Shown one piece after another: positions 10,879 through 18,016 of a DNA stretch of 64,000 nucleotides (positions are counted from its first letter, which is position 1; each line of letters opens with the position of its first letter). The notes beneath the pieces are model-generated. The model worked only from the letters and a program-made list of their open reading frames with translations. It did not search any database and was not told where the DNA came from. Position numbers and translations under genes: made by a program. The DNA is from Planctomycetota bacterium (GTDB lineage Bacteria; Planctomycetota; UBA1135). Where the stretch lies: the NCBI GenBank assembly GCA_021776925.1, contig JAJFFB010000043.1:38630-102629 (forward strand). Direction: 5' to 3'.

Positions 10879-11715
10879 CTAGTGGTCCGGATGCAGGCAC
10901 TGTCCGACAAAGACAATCGACAACAGTGTGAAGATGTATGCCTGCAGGAGGGCCACAAAGCCCTCGATGATCATGATGAACACGGACATTCCGGTGGTCA
11001 GCGGGGCGACTGCCCAGCCGACCGCGGCGCCGTTCTCGGCGCCGAAATAAAACATCAGGCCCATAAAGGAGAGCAGCACCAGGTGGCCGCCGACCATGTT
11101 GGCCATAAGACGAATGGTCAGGGCGAAGGGCTTGATCAGCAGGCCGGCGACCTCGAGCACGAAGATCAGTGGCAGCAGCCAGCCAGGCACGCCGCTCGGC
11201 ACCAGCGAAACCCAGAACTTGCCCGGGCCCTGCACCACCATGCCGCCCACCACCATGATCAGGAAGGTCAGGATCGCGAGCGCCGCGGTCACGTAGACCG
11301 AAGCGGTAGCGGTGGCGCCCTTGGGCACCAGACCGAACAGGTTCATGAAGGCGATGAAAAAGAAGATCGACAGGAAATAAGGGGCGAAACGGCGGCCGTC
11401 TTTCTCGCCCATGTTGGCGTAGACCATTTCGTCGCGGATCCACGCGACCCAGCCAGCCAGAACTCGCAACATGCGCCCACCGCTGCCTTCGCGGATGGCG
11501 TTGCGGACCGGCAGGAAGAACAGGAAGATCAGCCCCACCGCGGCGAGTTGGAACCACTGGATGTTCCACCAGACCAAACCGAAGACCTCGGTGGAGTGCT
11601 GCGGCACCACGTGCGAGAAGAGCACCTCGAACGGACTCTCGTCCTCGGCATGCTCGGGAGCATGCTGCAGGACGGCCGCGATGGCCGGTACGAAGGAAAG
11701 CACGGAAGCGATCAC
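10879..11715 (-). CDS. atpB: F0F1 ATP synthase subunit a
   Basis: 278 aa, polytopic. Essential-Arg motif FALTIRLMANMVGGH. The GTG start overlaps the upstream stop (GTGA). Confidence 0.96.
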   Translation of the reverse strand: MIASVLSFVPAIAAVLQHAPEHAEDESPFEVLFSHVVPQHSTEVFGLVWWNIQWFQLAAVGLIFLFFLPVRNAIREGSGGRMLRVLAGWVAWIRDEMVYANMGEKDGRRFAPYFLSIFFFIAFMNLFGLVPKGATATASVYVTAALAILTFLIMVVGGMVVQGPGKFWVSLVPSGVPGWLLPLIFVLEVAGLLIKPFALTIRLMANMVGGHLVLLSFMGLMFYFGAENGAAVGWAVAPLTTGMSVFIMIIEGFVALLQAYIFTLLSIVFVGQCLHPDH

Positions 11716-12110
11716 AATTCGAGGGGATCCCGTTGGTCAGCGGGAAGCGCGGGTGGCCCGGAGGCCGAGGCGCGTTGGCGCAGGAGGTTGGGAAGAAGAA
11801 CGGCTTCGCCGATCAGCACCGCACTCAGGAAACTGAGCAGGAAGGGTGCCGGGGCGTAGAGGGCGAGGCTTGAGCCGGTCAGCGCACCGGCAAGGAGCAA
11901 GGCCAGGCGGCCGAGAAAGCCGATGGCCAGGACCGCCGCGAAGGCGGTCTGCGGCACTGCGGGATCCATGACCCATAGGCGCCGCCGATGCAAGGCCCAT
12001 TCCGCTGCCCAGGCAAGGCTCCAGCCCGCAATCGCGCCCCCCTGCCAGGCTGCGGGGAACCACAGCACACCAAGGGCGCCCAGCAGGGCTGCGATCAGCG
12101 CGAGGATCAC
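11712..12110 (-). CDS. small hydrophobic ATP synthase operon protein (AtpI-like)
   Basis: 132-aa polytopic membrane ORF directly upstream of atpB, with 4-nt overlaps at both ends. Position and hydrophobicity fit AtpI-type proteins; there is no diagnostic motif. Confidence 0.6.
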   Translation of the reverse strand: MILALIAALLGALGVLWFPAAWQGGAIAGWSLAWAAEWALHRRRLWVMDPAVPQTAFAAVLAIGFLGRLALLLAGALTGSSLALYAPAPFLLSFLSAVLIGEAVLLPNLLRQRASASGPPALPADQRDPLEL

Positions 12111-12442
12111 GGGGACTTGGTGTCAGATGGGCGGGAATCCTTGGCCGGGTCATCGGGTTCTTCCGAGGAGGGTTTGGAGGAACGCTCCACGGAGCGCACC
12201 AGCAAAGCCATGCGGTAGGTACCGAAGCCTATGCCGAGGAAGAGGCCGAGCAGAAGGAAGGCCGGGAAGGCTTGGTCCAGCCCGAGGGCATGGTCCAGTT
12301 TCCAGCCAAGCCAGCCGAACAGGGCGACGGCGACCAGGTATTCGAAACCGATTCCGGACCAGCGCAACGCCTGGGCGCGCTGCAGGTCCTGAGGTTTGGA
12401 TGAATCCTTGGATTCCGCCGGATCGGACGGGTGATGGTCCAT
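12107..12442 (-). CDS. AtpZ/ATPase_gene1-like small membrane protein
   Basis: Two-TM core RWSGIGFEYLVAVALFGWLGWKLDHALGLDQAFPAFLLLGLFLGIGFGTYRM resembles the AtpZ family found first in atp operons. Start taken at ATG 12442; the track start at 12559 is possible. Confidence 0.6.
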   Translation of the reverse strand: MDHHPSDPAESKDSSKPQDLQRAQALRWSGIGFEYLVAVALFGWLGWKLDHALGLDQAFPAFLLLGLFLGIGFGTYRMALLVRSVERSSKPSSEEPDDPAKDSRPSDTKSP

Positions 12443-12614
12443 TTCTGCCAGGACAGGCAAAGAGCGGTTTCCCGTTCCTTTCGGACTGTGTGTCCTGGGC
12501 CTGGAAGGGGCGCGGTATTTTAATGCCATCAGCCAATCCTTCCAAGGGAATCTGGCCAACTTTGTTGCATTTCCCTATCCTCTCCACTCCTCTGCCGCAC
12601 CGGCCTGCCCAATC

Positions 12615-13067
12615 GTGGAAACAACCCTCATTCTGTTCAAACCCGACGCCCTGCACCGGGGTCTCGTCGGCCGCGTCCTGTCTCGTTTCGAGTCCAAAGG
12701 CCTGCAGATCGTCGCCATGCGCATGTTGCGTATGACCGACGAAATCGCCGCTCGCCACTACGCCGAACACGTCGACAAGCCCTTCTACCCAGGCCTGGTC
12801 GCATTCATGACCTCTTCACCGATCCTGGCGCTGGCACTGCGTGGCCCCGAGGCCATCGCCGTGGCGCGCAAGCTGATGGGCAAGACCTTCGGCCTCGAGG
12901 CCGAAGCCGGCACCATCCGCGGCGATTTCGGCTGCTCCAAGTCCTTCAATCTGGTGCATGGCTCCGATTCGGCCGCCAGCGCCGAGCGGGAACTGGGCAT
13001 CTACTTCCCCGACGGCCTGCAGGACTGGGAAACGATCCAGCATCCGTGGCTGTGGGATGCAGAATAG
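12615..13067 (+). CDS. ndk: nucleoside-diphosphate kinase
   Basis: 150 aa with a GTG start. NDK motifs TLILFKPDA, YAEHVDKPFYPGLVAFMTSSP and active-site NLVHGSDS. Confidence 0.97.
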   Translation: METTLILFKPDALHRGLVGRVLSRFESKGLQIVAMRMLRMTDEIAARHYAEHVDKPFYPGLVAFMTSSPILALALRGPEAIAVARKLMGKTFGLEAEAGTIRGDFGCSKSFNLVHGSDSAASAERELGIYFPDGLQDWETIQHPWLWDAE

Positions 13068-13187
13068 GTCTCCAGGGCCCTCTGCAGCCTTTTTGGCCAT
13101 GAAGGCCTGCGTTACCTCGGTCCCGGCTGGAGTTAGCTGGATGGCTGCGGTTTGACGGTTGCTCCCTCCCCCAGGAAAATCCTCCCG

Positions 13188-14171
13188 ATGCGTTTGATCC
13201 CGTCCCTCCTCTTGCTGACCTGCCTGTCCAGTTGTTCGCTGTCGCAGGGAGAGGTCGATCTGATCGATGACTTTCGATTGCGCGCTGCTCAGTACTACGA
13301 GGTCAACGACCTAGGCCGCGCCCAGCAGCAGGCGGTGCGCGGCTTGCAGATCGATCCAGAAGACGGCGAACTCAACCATATCCTTGGACGCACCCTGCTG
13401 AAGCGCGGCGACCCCGACGCGGTGCAGCTGGCGCGCGGGCCGCTCGAACTGGCCCACGAGCAGCTCGACAGCGCGCGCAGTTCCTATTCGATGGGTGAAT
13501 ACCACCTGCGCCATGGCCAATTGCTGCGCGGTGCCGCCGCGGTCCTGCGGCGCAAGAGCGCCGACATCGACCCTGTGAATCGCCGCCTGGTCGCCGACCA
13601 CCAGGCCGAAATCGAGGACTATGAAAAGCGTGGTGAAGAGCACATTGTGACCTCGTTGACCTTCCTCGAGCGCGCCGTCGATGAACGCCCGGAGTGGATC
13701 GAGGCCTTGCAACACATCGCCTCTGCGCAGACCCACCTGCACCGCGACGAGGAGGCGCTGCTTTCAATTGGTCGCCTGGTCGAAGTCCTGGGCCGCTCGC
13801 GCGATTACAAGAACACTCAGCTCGCCACCAGCGAGACCTCGGTCGCTCAGGAGCGCAGCCTGCGCCAATCCCTGTTGCGCGACATCGCCTGGGAAGTGGA
13901 GAGCCGCGGCCTCGCCGCCACCATTCTGATGAATCGCGAGGATTGGAAGGAAGCCGACGCGCAACTCACCGAAGTCCTGCGCCTGGCCCCCAACCTGGAA
14001 TCTGAGTACTTCAACCGCGGTCTGGCGCGCTACCACATGGGCCGCCTGGCCGAAGCCGCCGGCGACATGCGTGCTTTCCTCGGCCGCACCAGCCTGGACC
14101 AGGAGTCCGAGCAGGTGAAGCGCGCCCTCGATGTACTCAGTGAGTTCGATCAAGGCCGCGGCGGCTCCTGA
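13188..14171 (+). CDS. TPR-repeat lipoprotein
   Basis: Internal ATG 13188 gives MRLIPSLLLLTCLSSC (signal peptide plus lipobox LSSC). The remainder is helical and TPR-like (e.g. YFNRGLARYHMGRLAEAAGDMRAFL). Confidence 0.75.
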   Translation: MRLIPSLLLLTCLSSCSLSQGEVDLIDDFRLRAAQYYEVNDLGRAQQQAVRGLQIDPEDGELNHILGRTLLKRGDPDAVQLARGPLELAHEQLDSARSSYSMGEYHLRHGQLLRGAAAVLRRKSADIDPVNRRLVADHQAEIEDYEKRGEEHIVTSLTFLERAVDERPEWIEALQHIASAQTHLHRDEEALLSIGRLVEVLGRSRDYKNTQLATSETSVAQERSLRQSLLRDIAWEVESRGLAATILMNREDWKEADAQLTEVLRLAPNLESEYFNRGLARYHMGRLAEAAGDMRAFLGRTSLDQESEQVKRALDVLSEFDQGRGGS

Positions 14172-14243
14172 GCAGACAGGCATGACCTTGGCTCAAGGGC
14201 TGTTCAGCGACGGTCTATGCCCGGGAATGGACGCGAGGGCCGC

Positions 14244-15440
14244 TCAGCCGCCGTCTTTGTCCTGGTCCTTGATCGCCGGGACGGCCAGGACTTCAGGAAT
14301 GCGGCCGCCCGCCGCACCTTTTTCGTTTGGGCCAGTTCTCCAGACGATGGTCGATTCGACCACCTTGCCCTCGCGCAGCAGCACCATGACCCCTTGGCGC
14401 GGCACCAGGTCCATGGCGGTCTGCAGGCACTCCAGGCTCTCGACCGGGAAGCCACCGAAGCCAAGAATGTAGTCGCCGACCTGGACCCCGGCTTGGGCCG
14501 CCGGCATTTCGTCGCTGACCTGCAACACTTGGACCAGGGCCTGCGAGGGCAGTCCCAGGCGGCGGCGCAGTTGCGGTTCGATCGCTGTGACCTGCACGCT
14601 GACCCCGAGCAGCGGGCGAGAATTCGGCAGCGCGGGGCGCAGGAATTCAGAGAAGGTGGCCAGCATCTCGTGCACCGGAACGGCGAAGCCGACGCCTTCG
14701 GCGCGGGACATCTCGTGGGCGCGCCCCTGCGGAACGGCGTTGGTCGGAGCCAGTTGGGCAGCTTCGCGCAGGGAAGTCATGGCAATACCTATGAGGAAAC
14801 CACGACGATCCGAGACCAGCCCCCCGCCATCGCCAAGGTTCAGACTGTTGGTCAGCTGCAGGAGTTCCGGAGCACCTCCCAGGCGGCGCCCCTTGCCGGA
14901 CAGGAAGCCGAGGCTGAAGGAGCCATTGAGACCGAAGCCGTTGCCGATGACGAGGGTGAACGAGCCGACCGGCAGGGTCTGGCAGAAGCCGAAAGGCGGC
15001 GGCTCCAGGTGCAAGCCCGAGACTTCGAGCAGGCTGAGGCCGTAGACCGTTTCGGTGGCCAGTTGCTTGGCGGAAAAATGATCACCCTGGAAATCGGTGA
15101 TCTGGATGGTGGCCTGCAGTTCTCCGTGGAAACCGGGGGCCACCACCAGGCAGCCGGCGGCGGTTTCCTGCACCACCACGCCGGAAACGAAATACTCCTT
15201 CTTACCGCCCTCGGCGCTGGCGTCGCCTTTGCTGCCGAGCTGGTAATCCACGCGGACCAGCGCCGGGCGCAGGTGCCGGTAAAGCCTGATGACTTCGGTT
15301 TCGGCGGAGCCGAGCGCGCTGTCCCGGGCGATCATCTCGAGCGGAGACGGAATCAGCACCGGTGGCGGTGAATCGCCCTCGTTGCCAGGACGGTCTACCT
15401 GCAGGGTGAGCAGGAAGAACGGAAGCAGGAATGCCACCAT
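14244..15440 (-). CDS. HtrA/DegS-like trypsin-fold + PDZ protein with degenerate catalytic triad
   Basis: 398 aa. Aligns by eye to HtrA: VSGVVV...FHGE, IGNGFGLNGSFSLGFLSGKGR, then a C-terminal PDZ (LGVSVQ...VQVGDYILGFGG). The GNSGG serine box reads GDGGG and the Asp box reads YGLSLLEV. Starts 9 nt downstream of the anti-sigma gene. Confidence 0.8.
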   Translation of the reverse strand: MVAFLLPFFLLTLQVDRPGNEGDSPPPVLIPSPLEMIARDSALGSAETEVIRLYRHLRPALVRVDYQLGSKGDASAEGGKKEYFVSGVVVQETAAGCLVVAPGFHGELQATIQITDFQGDHFSAKQLATETVYGLSLLEVSGLHLEPPPFGFCQTLPVGSFTLVIGNGFGLNGSFSLGFLSGKGRRLGGAPELLQLTNSLNLGDGGGLVSDRRGFLIGIAMTSLREAAQLAPTNAVPQGRAHEMSRAEGVGFAVPVHEMLATFSEFLRPALPNSRPLLGVSVQVTAIEPQLRRRLGLPSQALVQVLQVSDEMPAAQAGVQVGDYILGFGGFPVESLECLQTAMDLVPRQGVMVLLREGKVVESTIVWRTGPNEKGAAGGRIPEVLAVPAIKDQDKDGG

Positions 15441-15449
15441 CTGGGCAGC

Positions 15450-16013
15450 CTAGAGCTTCTTGAGGTCGGGATTCTCCTGGGCGACCGCGTCGGTCGACAG
15501 CGCTTCCGAATTCAGGCCCGGCGGAAGATCGCTGCTCTGCATCGGCATGAACAGCCGGTAGAAATCTTCTTTGTTGGCAGGGATCAAGCCTTCGGCGACC
15601 CCACCGCGCGTTGCGCCATCGACTTCGGTGCCGTCGCCGTCCAGCGGCAGGTCATCGGAGCCGAGGTTCTGCATGGCAAAAGGCACGGTGAAGGTAAGGA
15701 CCGCGGCCGCGGCGAGCGAGGAGATCCATCCGCTGCGGCGGTACCAGGGCCGTTGGTGGCGCTCCACCGCGTCGACGGCGGCGAGGCGCGCGTCGAGTTC
15801 GGTCCACAGGCTGTCGCCCGGTCCGGCGTTGCCGGCAGCGGCGTCGAGTGTGCGCAATTCGACCAGGGCCTTGCGGGCACTGCGATAGGCGGCCAACTCG
15901 GCAGAGCAGACTCCGCACTGCGCGACGTGGGTTTCGACCTCGGCGGCTTCGGCCAGGGTCAGGTCGCCGCCCGCGTGCAGGGCCAGAAGTTCTTCTGAAT
16001 GGTTGCAGTTCAC
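15450..16013 (-). CDS. anti-sigma factor (zf-HC2 type), single-pass membrane
   Basis: 187 aa. N-terminal H-x3-C-x2-C motif (ETHVAQCGVCSAEL) and a central TM (WISSLAAAAVLTFTVPFA). The GTG start overlaps the sigma gene stop (GTGA). Confidence 0.85.
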   Translation of the reverse strand: MNCNHSEELLALHAGGDLTLAEAAEVETHVAQCGVCSAELAAYRSARKALVELRTLDAAAGNAGPGDSLWTELDARLAAVDAVERHQRPWYRRSGWISSLAAAAVLTFTVPFAMQNLGSDDLPLDGDGTEVDGATRGGVAEGLIPANKEDFYRLFMPMQSSDLPPGLNSEALSTDAVAQENPDLKKL

Positions 16014-16603
16014 AGCAGTTCCGCTCCTTCTTCTTTACCCAGGTTCCGCTCCCAGTGTTCGCGGAACAGTTTGCGTGCGTGATGGAGACGCCAGCGCACG
16101 GTGCCGGCGGTGGCGCCGACGCGCTCGCCGATGTCACCACAGGAAAGCCCTTCCAGATCGCGCAGGGCGAGCACGATGCGAAATTTCTCGGGCAGGTCAG
16201 CCAGAATCTTGCGCACCGCCTGGGCACGCTCGGTGGCCGAGGCCGCATGTGCAGGGCCCTGAGCGCCACCATCCCAGTCGCCGACCAGTTCGACCGCGGC
16301 CCCCGGGGTGCCCGAGGTCTGCCGCCGCGCCCGGTCGACCGCCTGGTTGCGCAGGATGCGATAGAACCAGGTGCTGAACTTGCGCTTCAGGTCGAAGCGC
16401 TGACGATGCGCGTAGACCTTGAGGAAGGCCTCTTGGGCGACCTCGCGGGCGGTTTCGAGGCTGCCGACGATGGCGCGCGCGGTGTGCACGGCCTTGGCTT
16501 CGTAGCGCTCGACCAGGAAACGGAAGGCGTCGCGGTCGCCGTCGATGCACAGAGCGAAAAGCTCTTCATCGGACAGCTGCAGGCGAGGGTCACCCTCGGC
16601 CAT
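16010..16603 (-). CDS. ECF (sigma-70 family) RNA polymerase sigma factor
   Basis: Region 2 (FRFLVERYEAKAVHTARAIVGSLETAREVAQEAFLKVY, FSTWFYRILRNQAVD) and region 4 (LPEKFRIVLALRDLEGLSCGDIGERVGATAGTVRWRLHHARKLF). Start taken at ATG 16603 (197 aa); ATG 16711 is an alternative. The 261-aa track start is probably spurious. Confidence 0.9.
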   Translation of the reverse strand: MAEGDPRLQLSDEELFALCIDGDRDAFRFLVERYEAKAVHTARAIVGSLETAREVAQEAFLKVYAHRQRFDLKRKFSTWFYRILRNQAVDRARRQTSGTPGAAVELVGDWDGGAQGPAHAASATERAQAVRKILADLPEKFRIVLALRDLEGLSCGDIGERVGATAGTVRWRLHHARKLFREHWERNLGKEEGAELL

Positions 16604-16858
16604 CGCGCCGGATTCGGAGTTCAACGATCCCGCAACCGCCGGCGGAGCCAGCGGGGGTCTGGGGTCGTCGTAGGTCGGGGTGCGTACCAGTCTCAAGGCG
16701 GGAAGACTCATGTCTCTGCGGCAACTTACGGCAACTGACAAGTGCCGTTGGGGTCTTCCCACCCAGTCTACCCCTAAACCTGGGGGCACAAGCAAATGCA
16801 GGGGTCCTCAGGCCCCCCCACGGCAGCGATCGGACACCGTCCGGGCCCCGCTCGCCAG

Positions 16859-17941
16859 TCAATCCGCGGGGTGCTCCTCGGGAGCGGTTTCGGCGTCTGG
16901 GTCGTGAACCGAGGCCTCTTGGTCGAGTTCAGCGGCGGCTTGCGCAGCAACCTGGGCGCTGGCTTCGAGATTGGCGATGTCGCGGAACTTGCGGTAGCGC
17001 GCCTCGAGCAATTGATCGACCGGCACCGCACAGAACTGGTCGAGCCACTCTTCGAGCCGGTCGGCGACCCGCTCCATGGCCTCGTGGGGGTGGCGATGAG
17101 CTCCGCCGACCGGCTCGGCGATGACCTCGTCGACCAGGCCGAGGCGGTGCATGTCGCCAGCGGTCAGTTTCAGCGCCGTGGCGGCCTCTTCTTTGCGCTC
17201 GGCGCTGCGCCACAGGATCGAGGCACAGCCCTCGGGCGAAATCACGCTGTACCAGGAATTCTCGAGCATGGCGACGCGGTCGCCGATGGCGATGCCGAGG
17301 GCGCCGCCGGAGCCGCCTTCGCCGATCACCACCACCAGGATCGGAACGCGGATCCGGAACATCTGGAAGATGTTCTCGGCGATCGCCCGGGCCTGGCCGC
17401 GCTCTTCGGCTCCGACTCCGGGATAGGCTCCGGGAGTGTTGATCAGACACACCACCGGCAGTCCCAGGCGCTCGGCCAAATGCATTTTGCGCAGCGCCTT
17501 GCGGTAGCCCTCGGGGTGGGCCGAGCCGAAATGGCACGATAGGCGATCTTTGGTGTCGCGCCCCTTGCGGTGCCCGATCAGCAGCAGGCGGCGCCCGCGC
17601 AGGGTCGCCAGACAGGTGAGAATGGCCTTGTCGTCGCCGAAGTAGCCGTCGCCGTGAAGCTCCACCAGATCGGTGAAGAGATGGCGCATGTAGTCCGAGG
17701 TCAGCGGGCGCTGCGGATGGCGCGCGACCTGGACGCGGTGCCACGGAGTCAGGTCGGCGTAGACCTCGCGCGTCAGGCGTTGCAGGCGATCACGATAGAA
17801 CTCGATCTCTTCGCTCAGGTCGTGGGCGGTCTGTGTGGCGAGGTCTTCGAGTTCGTGCAGGCGCCTGCGCACGTCTTCGATTGGCTGCTCGAAAGGCAGC
17901 ACGTGATGACTCGGCCGCGGAGCGGGTTCGTTCTTCACCAT
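16859..17941 (-). CDS. accA: acetyl-CoA carboxylase carboxyltransferase subunit alpha
   Basis: AccA core (LDFEKP-like LPFEQPIEDV..., INTPGAYPGVGAEERGQARAIAENI, GEGGSGGALGIAIGDRVAMLENSWYSVISPEGCASILW). Start at ATG 17941. Carries an acidic C-terminal tail. Confidence 0.95.
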   Translation of the reverse strand: MVKNEPAPRPSHHVLPFEQPIEDVRRRLHELEDLATQTAHDLSEEIEFYRDRLQRLTREVYADLTPWHRVQVARHPQRPLTSDYMRHLFTDLVELHGDGYFGDDKAILTCLATLRGRRLLLIGHRKGRDTKDRLSCHFGSAHPEGYRKALRKMHLAERLGLPVVCLINTPGAYPGVGAEERGQARAIAENIFQMFRIRVPILVVVIGEGGSGGALGIAIGDRVAMLENSWYSVISPEGCASILWRSAERKEEAATALKLTAGDMHRLGLVDEVIAEPVGGAHRHPHEAMERVADRLEEWLDQFCAVPVDQLLEARYRKFRDIANLEASAQVAAQAAAELDQEASVHDPDAETAPEEHPAD

Positions 17942-18016
17942 GGCGTCGCAGGAGGCGTAGAACCCTGTCTCCCGCGCTCCTAGAATACCCGCCTCCACCA
18001 CACATCCGCGAAGCGA

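Noticed and set aside
10850-11569. N-terminal 240 aa of the 319-aa minus ORF 10610-11569.
   Set aside because: Only the C-terminal 79 aa form ATP synthase subunit c. The upstream part overlaps atpB in another frame and is Arg/Pro-rich nonsense.
16712-16760. Tandem AGTTGCCG-TA-AGTTGCCG and a GGAAGA...GTC string upstream of the ECF sigma gene, considered as an autoregulated ECF promoter.
   Set aside because: Spacing and sequence do not fit a GGAAC-N16/17-CGTC-type consensus convincingly. The true start codon (16603 vs 16711) is itself uncertain.
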